A stretch of DNA of 64,000 nucleotides, from contig CBDBCY010000004.1 of NCBI GenBank assembly GCA_965203555.1, forward strand, positions 2,176,001 to 2,240,000, given 5' to 3'. This document shows positions 18,955 through 28,416 of this stretch, in pieces. Every line of letters begins with the position of its first letter. Position 1 is the first letter of the stretch. This DNA is from Acidimicrobiia bacterium. Its GTDB lineage: Bacteria > Actinomycetota > Acidimicrobiia > Spongiisociales > ZC4RG35. The position numbers were made by a program, and so were the translations under genes. The notes below the pieces were generated by a model. It worked only from the letters and a program-made list of their open reading frames with translations. It was not told the origin of the DNA and did no database searches.

Positions 18955-20535
18955 TTGCAGTACGGTTTCGTTATCGACCAGACGGCATGTATCGGCTGCC
19001 ATGCCTGTACGGTGGCGTGCAAGACCGAACACGACGTTCCTCTCGGCGTGAACCGCACCTGGGTGAAGTACATCGAGTCGGGAACGTGGCCCGACACGAA
19101 GCGGTCGTTCTCGGTCATGCGCTGCAACCACTGCTCTGACGCCCCCTGTGTGTCGATCTGCCCTACCGGCGCACTCTTCCGCCGATCAGACGGCATCGTC
19201 GACTTCGACACCAGCCTGTGTATCGGCTGCAAGAGTTGCATGCAGGCGTGTCCCTACGACGCGCTGTACATCGATCCTGTGGACCATACCGCCCAAAAGT
19301 GCAACTACTGCGTGCACCGCGTGGAAGTGGGGCTGGAACCGGCCTGCGTGGTGGTATGTCCCGAGGGCGCCATAATCTCGGGCGACCTTGACGATCCCAC
19401 CACGCCCATCTCGCGCCTCCTGCAAGCGGAGCAGTTGAGTCAGCGGTCCTTGGAGCAGGGTACGAGGCCGAACCTCTGGTACCGGGGTGTGGAGGAGGCG
19501 GGGATCGATCCCCTGGGCGCCGTCAACCCCGGGGACGGAGGGATCTGGGGTGACCCGGCGCCGTCGTTCATGACGGTCGACCTGACGCCGCCGACAGGGA
19601 AGAAAGCGAACGGAGGGCCAGGAAGCCGGTCGCAGTGGCGGAACGGAGGGACCGACGACCCTCCTCGAGTCGTGTACAACACCGACCACCCGATGCCGTG
19701 GGGATGGCGGGTGTCGAGTTACTTTCTCACCAAGGGGATCTCGGCAGGCATCGTGATGGCGCTTGCGCTCTCACTTCTTGATGGGGCTGACCCCCAGAGT
19801 GCGTTCGCCCGATGGGGCGCCCCGCTGATAGCCGGGATCTTTTTGGCGCTCACCGGCGTACTGCTGGTGGCGGACCTCAAACGGCCCGACCGTTTCCACT
19901 ACCTGCTGACGAAAGGCAATGCCGGATCGTGGCTGGTGAAAGGCGCCTGGATCCTCTCGGCCCATGCGGTGATCCTGGGTTTGTGGTTCATTTTCGGTCT
20001 GGCCGGCGCGAGTTTCATTGCGGTGCTGATCTGGGCATCGGCGGCGGTCGGGCTCGGCGTGGCCGGCTACACCGCTTTCCTGTTCGGTCAAGCAGAGGGT
20101 CGGGACCTCTGGCAAAGTCCGACGCTTCTCTGGCACATGCTGGCCGGATCGCTGGCGGCGGGAGGCGGCGCGGGGCTGCTGGTTGCCGGGGTCTTCGATC
20201 TGGGAGCGTCGTCCCGGCGGACATTCGCTTGGGCGCTTGTCGCCGGAGCGGCGGCGCTGGCCCTCATCGCGGCGGTCGAACTCGCTTCACGGCATCCGAC
20301 CCGCAACCACGCGGCGGGCATGCATCACCTGACAAAGGGCGCCCATGCCATCCAGTGGTGGCTGGGAGGACAGGTGATCGGGGTGGTGGTGCCACTGGTG
20401 CTGGGAACGGTGTTCCTGGCCGGATCAGGCGTTCCCCTGTGGGTGTCTCAACTGGGCGGGCTGGCCGCCCTGGTCGGGATCTGGTTCGCCGACGACGCGT
20501 TCGTCAGGGCGGGCCAGAGCGTGCCCCTGTCGTGA
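18955..20535 (+). CDS. Fused 4Fe-4S dicluster (DmsB/NrfC-like) and NrfD/PsrC membrane anchor
   Basis: CIGCHAC..AC, CNHC..APC..IC, CIGCKSC..AC, KCNYC..PAC..C, followed by ~8 TMs with DLKRPDRF. TTG start with AAGGAG SD. Confidence 0.9.
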   Translation: MQYGFVIDQTACIGCHACTVACKTEHDVPLGVNRTWVKYIESGTWPDTKRSFSVMRCNHCSDAPCVSICPTGALFRRSDGIVDFDTSLCIGCKSCMQACPYDALYIDPVDHTAQKCNYCVHRVEVGLEPACVVVCPEGAIISGDLDDPTTPISRLLQAEQLSQRSLEQGTRPNLWYRGVEEAGIDPLGAVNPGDGGIWGDPAPSFMTVDLTPPTGKKANGGPGSRSQWRNGGTDDPPRVVYNTDHPMPWGWRVSSYFLTKGISAGIVMALALSLLDGADPQSAFARWGAPLIAGIFLALTGVLLVADLKRPDRFHYLLTKGNAGSWLVKGAWILSAHAVILGLWFIFGLAGASFIAVLIWASAAVGLGVAGYTAFLFGQAEGRDLWQSPTLLWHMLAGSLAAGGGAGLLVAGVFDLGASSRRTFAWALVAGAAALALIAAVELASRHPTRNHAAGMHHLTKGAHAIQWWLGGQVIGVVVPLVLGTVFLAGSGVPLWVSQLGGLAALVGIWFADDAFVRAGQSVPLS

Positions 20536-20558
20536 ACGCGGCGAAGGATTCGGAGAAC

Positions 20559-23303
20559 ATGACCACCAAGCCGGACCAGCCCCCTTCGGACCGGATACCT
20601 CGGCTGGTCCCCGGGACAGGCCTGGTGTCTTTCCCACCCGCCGAAAGGTGGGATGATTGGGAGGAGTATGACGCCAAGGCGTGGCCCGATCGGGTGAAGC
20701 GTCGTTACCGCCTGGTGCCGACCACCTGTTTCAACTGCGAGGCCGGGTGCGGGCTGCTGGCCTATGTCGACAAGGACAACGGCCAGGTCCGGCGTTTTGA
20801 AGGCAACCCCGAACATCCCGGGTCGAGAGGTCGCAACTGCGCAAAGGGCCCGGCCACCCTGAACCAGATGTACGACCCCGAGCGGATCCTCCACCCGCTG
20901 CGCAGATCCGGGAAGCGAGGCGACGGCAAATGGGAGCAGGTCTCATGGGAGGAGGCGCTCGGGGATATAGCGTCGCGAATCCGGCGGGCGCTTCGAGAGG
21001 ACCGTCACGACGAGATCATCTACCACGTGGGCCGGCCCGGCGAGGACGGGTTCATCGACCGGATCCTGCGGTCCTGGGGGGTGGACGGGCACAACAGCCA
21101 CACCAACATCTGCTCGTCGGGGGCTCGCACCGGCTACGCCATGTGGATGGGCTACGACCGCCCTTCTGCGGACTTCGCCAACGCCCGGTTCATCCTCCTG
21201 CTGTCCGCTCAACTCGAGTCGGGTCACTATTTCAATCCCCACGCCCAGCGGATCATCGAGGCCCGCCAGCGCGGCGGGAAGGTGGCTACGATCGACCCGC
21301 GCCTCTCCAATACCGCCTCGATGTCCGACTACTGGCTCTCCCCCTGGCCCGGTACCGAGGCGGCGATGTTGCTGGCCATAGCCGCCCGCCTTCTGGAGTG
21401 GGACGCGGTTGATCACGACTTCGTGCGAAGGTGGGTCAACTGGGAAGACTCGCTTCAGGCCCGGGCGCCGCAGCGGCCCCGGACCTATGAGAGCTTTGTC
21501 GAGCTGTTGAGGCAGACCTATGCACCCTACACGATCGAGTACGCCGCCGAGGAGACCGGCGTCGACGCATGGCGGATCGAAGCCGTGGCAAGGGGCATCG
21601 CCGACGCCGGGTCCCGTTTTGCCTCTCACACGTGGAGAGCGGCCGGATCCGGCAACCTGGGAGGCTGGCAGGTGGCTCGGTGTCTCTTCTTCCTGCATGT
21701 CCTGACCGGATCGGTGGGGACGGAAGGCGGCACTTCCCCGAGTGCCTGGGACAAATTCAAGCCCGATCACTGGAACATGCCGCCGCCGGCCAATCGCTGG
21801 AACGAGTTGATCTGGCCGAACGAGTTCCCTCTCAGTCATTACGAGATGAGTTACCTGTTGCCCCACTTTCTCAAGGAGGGGAGGGGTCGTGTCGAGGTCT
21901 ACTTCACCCGGGTCTACAACCCGGTGTGGACCAACCCCGACGGATTCACCTGGATCGAGGCTCTTACCGACCCCGACCGGGTCGGTCTCCACGTAGCGCT
22001 CACTCCTACCTGGTCGGAGTCAGCGTGGTTCGCCGACTACGTCCTGCCCATGGGGGTGGGCGCCGAGCGGCACGACACCCACTCCTACGAGACCCACGCC
22101 GCCCGGTGGCTGGGATTCCGCCAGCCGGTGCTGCGGGTGGCCGGAGAGCGGGACGGGCAGCAATACCAGCGCACCTACCAGGCCAACCCGGGAGAGGTGT
22201 GGGAGGAGAACGAATTCTGGATCGACCTGTCGTGGCGGATCGATCCCGATGGGTCGCTGGGGATCCGGCAATGGTACGAGTCTCCCAACGATCCGTCCCG
22301 TCCGGTCAGCGTTGACGAGTACTACGGGTGGATGTTCGACAACTCGGTTCCCGGACTGCCACGGGCAGCCGCCCGGCAAGGTCTCACCGCCCTCGAGTAC
22401 ATGCGCAAGTACGGCGCCTTCGAGATCGACCGCGATCGGTACCTTCTAAACGAAGCGGCAGTAGGCCCCGAGCAGCCCGGGGTGGAAGTCGACGGAGAGC
22501 GCAAGAGTGGCTTCACCTCCCCCTCCCGCCTCCTCGAATGGCACTCGGAGACGCTCGTGGACTGGAACTGGCCCGACGCGGCCATTCCCACCTACCTCAA
22601 GTCCCATGTCCACTGGCGGGATCTTGACTTGGAGGGGACCGAGCGCATCCTGCTTCCCATCTTCCGGCTCCCCACCCTGATCCACACCCGGTCGGGCAAC
22701 GCCAAGTACCTGTACGAGATCAGCCATGGCCATCCGCTGTGGATGAACCCGATCGACGCCGATCAACTCGGATTCGCCACCGGCGACCTGGTGCGGATCA
22801 GCACCGATATCGGATACTTCGTCATGCGGGCCTGGAGAACCGAGGGTCTTCGTCCCGGGGTGGTGGCGGCCTCCCATCATATGGGACGCTGGCGTCTGGA
22901 CCCCAAGATGGGAAACGAACGCTGGTCATCGGCCCTGGTGGACATAGGGCGCCGGGACGGCGGGTGGCTGTTGCGGCATAAGTCCGGCATCGAACCCTTC
23001 CGCTCGGACGATCCCGACAGCGAACGCATCTGGTGGCGGGACCCCGGCGTCCACCAGAACCTGGCTTTCCCCGTCCATCCCGACCCGGTGTCGGGCATGC
23101 ACGCCTGGCACCAACGGGTCCGTCTTACACCGGCCGAACCCGAGGATCGGTACGGGGATGTCTTCGTCGACACCGAAAGGTCTCACCAGATCTATCGGGA
23201 GTGGATGGAGCGTACCCGTCCCGGACCAGGACCGGAAGGCCTGCGCCGTCCCCGCTGGCTCACCAGGCCACTGCCGCCCGTACCCGAGGCCTACCGGACC
23301 TGA
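20559..23303 (+). CDS. Molybdopterin (bis-MGD) oxidoreductase catalytic subunit, DMSO-reductase superfamily
   Basis: TTCFNCEAGC...NCAKG Fe-S motif, PERILHPL, SHTNICS active-site segment, FADYVLP, C-terminal dinucleotide-binding domain. No Tat (RR) signal. Confidence 0.9.
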   Translation: MTTKPDQPPSDRIPRLVPGTGLVSFPPAERWDDWEEYDAKAWPDRVKRRYRLVPTTCFNCEAGCGLLAYVDKDNGQVRRFEGNPEHPGSRGRNCAKGPATLNQMYDPERILHPLRRSGKRGDGKWEQVSWEEALGDIASRIRRALREDRHDEIIYHVGRPGEDGFIDRILRSWGVDGHNSHTNICSSGARTGYAMWMGYDRPSADFANARFILLLSAQLESGHYFNPHAQRIIEARQRGGKVATIDPRLSNTASMSDYWLSPWPGTEAAMLLAIAARLLEWDAVDHDFVRRWVNWEDSLQARAPQRPRTYESFVELLRQTYAPYTIEYAAEETGVDAWRIEAVARGIADAGSRFASHTWRAAGSGNLGGWQVARCLFFLHVLTGSVGTEGGTSPSAWDKFKPDHWNMPPPANRWNELIWPNEFPLSHYEMSYLLPHFLKEGRGRVEVYFTRVYNPVWTNPDGFTWIEALTDPDRVGLHVALTPTWSESAWFADYVLPMGVGAERHDTHSYETHAARWLGFRQPVLRVAGERDGQQYQRTYQANPGEVWEENEFWIDLSWRIDPDGSLGIRQWYESPNDPSRPVSVDEYYGWMFDNSVPGLPRAAARQGLTALEYMRKYGAFEIDRDRYLLNEAAVGPEQPGVEVDGERKSGFTSPSRLLEWHSETLVDWNWPDAAIPTYLKSHVHWRDLDLEGTERILLPIFRLPTLIHTRSGNAKYLYEISHGHPLWMNPIDADQLGFATGDLVRISTDIGYFVMRAWRTEGLRPGVVAASHHMGRWRLDPKMGNERWSSALVDIGRRDGGWLLRHKSGIEPFRSDDPDSERIWWRDPGVHQNLAFPVHPDPVSGMHAWHQRVRLTPAEPEDRYGDVFVDTERSHQIYREWMERTRPGPGPEGLRRPRWLTRPLPPVPEAYRT

Positions 23304-23428
23304 CCACCCCGCGAAACCTGCCGGCCAGGGCCTGAGAATGGTGCGCCCGGGCTTGGTGGACAGACCCTCGCCGATCACATGGGTCGGCGTCTCTTCGTTT
23401 TAGCGACGGCCGACTCGACCGGATCGGG

Positions 23429-24928
23429 TCAGTCAGACTTGGGAAAGCCCAGATCCACTCCCCGGTGAATGGGATCCGGCCATCGGGAGATCACCACCTT
23501 TTGACGGGTGTAGAAACTGATTCCTTCGGGCCCGTAGATGGCATGGCCGCCGAACAGCGACTCCTTCCAGCCTCCGAACGAATAGAAGCTGAGGGGTACG
23601 GGAATCGGCAGGTTGATGCCCACCATTCCCACCGTGATCTCCCTCTGGAATTTACGGGCGGCGCCGCCGTCGTTGGTGAACACTGCGGTCCCGTTTCCAT
23701 ACGGGTTGGCGTTTATCAGGTCAATTGCCTCCGTATAGCTGCCGGTCCGCACCACCGACAGCACCGGCCCGAAGATCTCGTCCTGGTAGATGGACATGTC
23801 CGGGCTTACCCCATCGAACAGGCAGGGTCCCAGGAAGAACCCGTCCTCGTATCCCTCCACGGCGAGGCTTCGTCCATCGGCCACCAGGTCGGCGCCCTCG
23901 GAAAGTCCCTGCTCGACGTATCCGGCCACCCTTTGGAGATGTTCGGCCGTGACCAGCGGGCCCATCTCGCTTTGGTCGTTGGCGCCCGGTCCCACGCGAA
24001 GTCGGTCGATCCGCTCGGTGACCCGGGGAATCAGCCGGTCGGCCGAGTCGCCCACCGTCACCACCACCGAGATCGCCATGCAGCGTTCCCCCGCCGATCC
24101 GTAGCCGGCGGAAACCGCCGCGTCGGCCGCCAGATCCATGTCGGCGTCGGGCAGCACCACCATGTGGTTCTTGGCGCCACCCAGAGCCTGCACCCGCTTT
24201 CCGTTGCGGGCTGCGGTCTCGTATATGTAGCGGGCGATGGGAGTGGAGCCCACGAAACTGACCGCCGCCACTTGCGGATGCTCCAGCAGTCCGTCCACTG
24301 CAACTTTGTCGCCATGCAGGACGTTGAGCACCCCGTCGGGCAGTCCTGCCTCTGCAAACAACTCGGCTGCCAGCATGGATGGAGAAGGGTCCTTTTCGGA
24401 GGGCTTGAGGACAAACGTGTTGCCGCAGGCGATCGCCACCGGGTACATCCACATTGGAACCATCACCGGGAAGTTGAAGGGGGTGACGCCTGTCACCACT
24501 CCCAGGGGCTGGCGGAACGAATAGGTGTCCACTCCGGTGGAGACCTGCTCGGAGATCTCCCCTTTCAGAAGTTGTGGGATGCCGCATACATATTCGATGA
24601 CTTCCAAACCCCGCTGGACCTCTCCCAGGGCGTCATCCATGGTCTTGCCGTGCTCGGCGGTGATCAGCTTGGCGAGGTCGTAGCGGTGATCGCTCACCAA
24701 TTGCCGGAAGGCGAAGAGAATCCTCTGGCGGCGCACCACCGGCGTGTCCCGCCATCCGGGGAAAGCGTCTGCGGCGCTGCGGACCGCCAACTCCACTTCG
24801 GTGGGGCCGCCCATGGCGACTTCGGATGTTTGATGGCCGCGCGCCGGGTCGAATACGGGTCCGGTCCGCTCCGGTGGGTCTTCCAGCAGCCGCCCACCGA
24901 TCCAGTGTCTGATTACAGACATAGACAA
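23429..24928 (-). CDS. mmsA: CoA-acylating methylmalonate-semialdehyde dehydrogenase
   Basis: TPFNFPVMVP, LKPSEKDP, FVGST, GGAKNH, GERCMA, EIFGPV. Confidence 0.93.
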   Translation of the reverse strand: MSMSVIRHWIGGRLLEDPPERTGPVFDPARGHQTSEVAMGGPTEVELAVRSAADAFPGWRDTPVVRRQRILFAFRQLVSDHRYDLAKLITAEHGKTMDDALGEVQRGLEVIEYVCGIPQLLKGEISEQVSTGVDTYSFRQPLGVVTGVTPFNFPVMVPMWMYPVAIACGNTFVLKPSEKDPSPSMLAAELFAEAGLPDGVLNVLHGDKVAVDGLLEHPQVAAVSFVGSTPIARYIYETAARNGKRVQALGGAKNHMVVLPDADMDLAADAAVSAGYGSAGERCMAISVVVTVGDSADRLIPRVTERIDRLRVGPGANDQSEMGPLVTAEHLQRVAGYVEQGLSEGADLVADGRSLAVEGYEDGFFLGPCLFDGVSPDMSIYQDEIFGPVLSVVRTGSYTEAIDLINANPYGNGTAVFTNDGGAARKFQREITVGMVGINLPIPVPLSFYSFGGWKESLFGGHAIYGPEGISFYTRQKVVISRWPDPIHRGVDLGFPKSD

Positions 24929-24998
24929 ATCCCTTCTTGCGCCGCCTGTCTACATTGGGGTCTTATGATATTGCCTGGTCAGCGGGGAAGGTTCGGCG

Positions 24999-25424
24999 AT
25001 TAATCGGCAGGAACGACTTGAGGCCATAGCGCACGGGCTTTCGATCGGCGGTGTCAGCCGGCACATCTTCCTCTGTGCCGGACAGTCCAAACCCCGGTGC
25101 GCCACCCGGGAGGAGTCAGACCGGGTGTGGCGTCATCTCAAGCGCCGTTGCAAGGACGAAGGACTGACCACCGCCCCGCCTCTGTGGTCCCGCAACCCCT
25201 CTCAACCCGCCCGGCCCGAGCGTCCCGGAGATGGCCTGGTGCTGAGGAACAAGGTGGACTGCCTGCGGATCTGCGAAGATGGTCCCATCGCGGTGGTCTA
25301 TCCGGAGGGAGTGTGGTACCGAGGAGTTACCACCGAGGTGTTGGACCTGATCATTGATCAACATCTGGTGGGAGGCAGGATCGTGGAGGAGTTCACCTTC
25401 GCCACCGCGCCGTTGGGCCGGTAA
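24999..25424 (+). CDS. Thioredoxin-like [2Fe-2S] ferredoxin; likely non-canonical start
   Basis: In-frame RHIFLCAGQSKPRCA...VDCLRICEDGPIAVVYPEGVWY gives four Cys. Two of them lie upstream of the GTG at 25125. ATT at 24999 follows GGGGAAGG. Confidence 0.8.
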   Translation: MNRQERLEAIAHGLSIGGVSRHIFLCAGQSKPRCATREESDRVWRHLKRRCKDEGLTTAPPLWSRNPSQPARPERPGDGLVLRNKVDCLRICEDGPIAVVYPEGVWYRGVTTEVLDLIIDQHLVGGRIVEEFTFATAPLGR

Positions 25425-25428
25425 GCGC

Positions 25429-26451
25429 CTATTGTCGTTTCCACCGGCTTTGTTTGTAATCCTCAACCCAATGACGGTTGCTGCGCCACAAGCCGTCCTG
25501 GCCTCGGGTGGCGCGCAGGCGACCTCGTACCGCAGCAGCGCGTAATGCGGGGGCATTGAGGTCTGAGGTCGCCAAGGCGGCAAGGGGCACAAGACGTGAC
25601 GGTCCGGCGACGGCCGGGAAGACGAATCGATTCAAACTGTCCAGGATCGCCCGTGCGAAGATCTGGCCGAGAGGCCTTGGATCGCCATCATCGGCCCGTG
25701 ACAAAGCAGTCAGGTATTTCTCCCGGTCACGTTTGTAGATAACCATTGGCGGGTAGCCGAGACGCACCAGAATCAGGTTGAGGATTAGGCGGCCCGTGCG
25801 TCCGTTGCCATCAAGAAAGGGGTGGATCTGTTCGAACCGGCAATGTATCTTGGCTAGTTCCTCGGGAAAGGACTGAGGGCTGGTGTCGAGAGAATTAACA
25901 GCATGGATCCAGTTGTCGATCCCCGAATGCACCAGGGGGAAGGTGACGGGCTTCATCCCCCCGGGGAAGCGTCGTATCTCATGCTCGCGAAAACTCCCGG
26001 GCTTTTCACGGTCTGTTGCATCGGGATGCGGAGCAGTTTCCCAAACCGGGGTCATGGCGTGATAATGAACCTCTCTGAGTTCTGCCAGGGTAAGGAGATT
26101 CTCAGGTCGGGTTAGGCCGGTCGGGTTCATGGCCTGCCGGTAGACCCAGGAAGCGGCTTTGGCATATCCCTTTACCTCCAGGTATTCGCGTAACTCTTTG
26201 TCCCCCACCGCTTTTCCGTCGCGTAGGAGTGACTTCACCTGTTTCAACACCAAGGTGTTGCCTTCGATAGCGGTGGAGTGATGAGCTTCCGCATACCAGA
26301 TGTCTTCCCATATTCCACTTGCCTCGTCGAGACTCGGTAATCCGCCCATGCGACCGTGCAGTTCGGCGATCTGTACGGCCAGACGATTGAACACCTCCGA
26401 GCGTGTCGGTCGACCCCAGGGCGGCGCGGGACTCTGATTTTGTTGAGTCAT
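25429..26451 (-). CDS. Fic family protein (autoinhibited class II) with C-terminal HTH-like extension
   Basis: HPFLDGNGRTGR Fic motif and N-terminal inhibitory STAIEGN motif. Confidence 0.92.
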   Translation of the reverse strand: MTQQNQSPAPPWGRPTRSEVFNRLAVQIAELHGRMGGLPSLDEASGIWEDIWYAEAHHSTAIEGNTLVLKQVKSLLRDGKAVGDKELREYLEVKGYAKAASWVYRQAMNPTGLTRPENLLTLAELREVHYHAMTPVWETAPHPDATDREKPGSFREHEIRRFPGGMKPVTFPLVHSGIDNWIHAVNSLDTSPQSFPEELAKIHCRFEQIHPFLDGNGRTGRLILNLILVRLGYPPMVIYKRDREKYLTALSRADDGDPRPLGQIFARAILDSLNRFVFPAVAGPSRLVPLAALATSDLNAPALRAAAVRGRLRATRGQDGLWRSNRHWVEDYKQSRWKRQ

Positions 26452-26536
26452 GCTCTTTTTTAGCGTACCGAATTATTTAACCTTGAGATGGGGGGTTTCC
26501 TATGGTGTTTTCTCCCCGTTTCTGATTTTGTTGAGT
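26433..26536. repeat. 16-bp perfect direct repeat TCTGATTTTGTTGAGT (26433-26448 and 26521-26536)
   Basis: Read directly. One copy covers fic codons 2-6, the other is 88 bp upstream in the AT-rich promoter region. Confidence 0.9.
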
Positions 26537-26625
26537 TGTGGCAGTTTTTATTGCACAAAACAATTTCTGGCGGGAAGGTCACTGGCCTGCAGCATCGGAC
26601 TGGTTGAGTGTCAGATTCCCGGATC

Positions 26626-28131
26626 TCAATTACTCGGGATCCGGACTGTCCACTCGTGACCGGCAGGGCCGAGTAGGCGCCCCGCCTCCCCGGGACCCCA
26701 AGAGCAGGCCTGGTAGGGATGTGGGTGGATACCGGCCTCAAGCATCGGTGTGTAGAGACGCCAAGCCTCTTCCGCTTCATCCGAGCGGACGAACAGGGTC
26801 CGGTCTCCGGTCATCACATCGTAGAGCAGAGTCTCGTAGGCGTCGGGGAGACTCCCGAAAGCCTCTTCGTAGGCGAAAGCCAAGGACCTGGTGTCCAGCT
26901 GGGGGTGGTCGGATGGCTTCTGAACATCGAAGAGGAGATCAAACCCCTCGTGCGGCTGGAGCCTGAAATAGAGGACATTGCCCTGCCTGCCACTGCGCTC
27001 GAAGGATTTGAACAGCGCCACCGGCGGTTCGCGGAAGGTTACCGCTACCTGGGTGAGGCGGCTATGCATGCGTTTGCCGGTGCGCAGGTAGAAGGGAACA
27101 CCCTGCCAGCGCCAACTGTCTATGAACACTCGGAGGGCGGCGTAGGTGGGGGTGGTCGAACCCTTGGCTACACCCTGTTCTTCCAGGTAACCTGCAACCG
27201 GCCTTCCCTCGGATTGACCGGCGGTGTATTGACCGAACACCACGTCGTCGGGGCTCAGGGGGCGGACCGACTGGAGTACCTTGACCTTTTCGTCCCTGAT
27301 GGCTTCGGCGTCGAAGGAGACCGGCGGTTCCATCGCCACCAGGCTGAGCAACTGGGTCAGGTGATTCTGGACCATGTCTCGCAGGGCGCCCGACCGGTCG
27401 TAGTAGTTGGCCCGTTCACCGATTCCCACCGCCTCGGCCACCGTGATCTGGATGTTGTCGATGCGGTCCCGATTCCAGACCGACTCGAAAAGGGGATTGG
27501 CGAAGCGGAATACCAACAGGTTCTGCACGGTGGCCTTCCCCAGATAGTGATCGATACGGTAGATCTGGGGCTCGTCAAAACACCCGTGCAGTATCCCGTT
27601 CAACGCCATGGCCGATTCCAGGTCGACACCGAATGGTTTCTCCACGACCAAACGGGTCCATCCTGCGCTGTGGGCCAGACCCGATGCTCCCAAACCTCTT
27701 ACCGTCGGGCCAATGGCGGCCGGCGGCAGGGCGAGATAAAAGGTACGGTTGCCGGAGAGGCCATGTGCCGCTTCGATACCTTTGATCCGACTCCGGAGGG
27801 CTTGGTAAGCCTGGGCCCCTCCGCTCCCGATCGACTGGAAGTACAAGACATCGTCGCACCAGGCAGCGGGATCGGCACACGCTTCGCCGAGTTGGGCCTG
27901 TCCGCGAGATACGTTTTCGACTGATGTTCGGGAAAGTGTCCGAAAGCTTTCGTCGTCCAGTTGCGAACGAGCTACTCCGAGAATCACGAAGCGGTCGGCG
28001 AGGTCGTACTGGCGGACCAGGTGGTAGAGGGCAGGGGCGAGCTTCTGCCGGAAAAGATCACCGGTGGCGCCGAACACCACGAGCAGGTGGCGATCCACCG
28101 CTCCGGCGCCCGCCAACGGTAAGGACTCCAC
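26626..28131 (-). CDS. zwf: Glucose-6-phosphate 1-dehydrogenase
   Basis: GATGDL, EKPFG, YRIDHYLGK, RDMVQNH, RWQGVPFYLRTGKR. Confidence 0.96.
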   Translation of the reverse strand: MESLPLAGAGAVDRHLLVVFGATGDLFRQKLAPALYHLVRQYDLADRFVILGVARSQLDDESFRTLSRTSVENVSRGQAQLGEACADPAAWCDDVLYFQSIGSGGAQAYQALRSRIKGIEAAHGLSGNRTFYLALPPAAIGPTVRGLGASGLAHSAGWTRLVVEKPFGVDLESAMALNGILHGCFDEPQIYRIDHYLGKATVQNLLVFRFANPLFESVWNRDRIDNIQITVAEAVGIGERANYYDRSGALRDMVQNHLTQLLSLVAMEPPVSFDAEAIRDEKVKVLQSVRPLSPDDVVFGQYTAGQSEGRPVAGYLEEQGVAKGSTTPTYAALRVFIDSWRWQGVPFYLRTGKRMHSRLTQVAVTFREPPVALFKSFERSGRQGNVLYFRLQPHEGFDLLFDVQKPSDHPQLDTRSLAFAYEEAFGSLPDAYETLLYDVMTGDRTLFVRSDEAEEAWRLYTPMLEAGIHPHPYQACSWGPGEAGRLLGPAGHEWTVRIPSN

Positions 28132-28416
28132 TAGTTGTGCTTTCTGCGGATATTCGACACTTGATACAAAGCTGACACTGTGGAGTTTGGATTGATCAGA
28201 ACGCTATGACCTGGTTGTGAGGCTTGTTGGGGCAAATGGTAGAACACGGTGGCGCTCAAACGGTGCTCGTTCGGAACAAGAGGAGGCTGGTGCTTGGCGG
28301 ATGATGCGTCGGGTTGGCTTTTGGTGTCCGAAGTGCAGGGTTCCATCGACCTGCATCTGGCTCAGGTGCCACACCGTGGCTGTCTGTCGCCGGGCAGGTA
28401 GGCGGCCGCTACCTTT

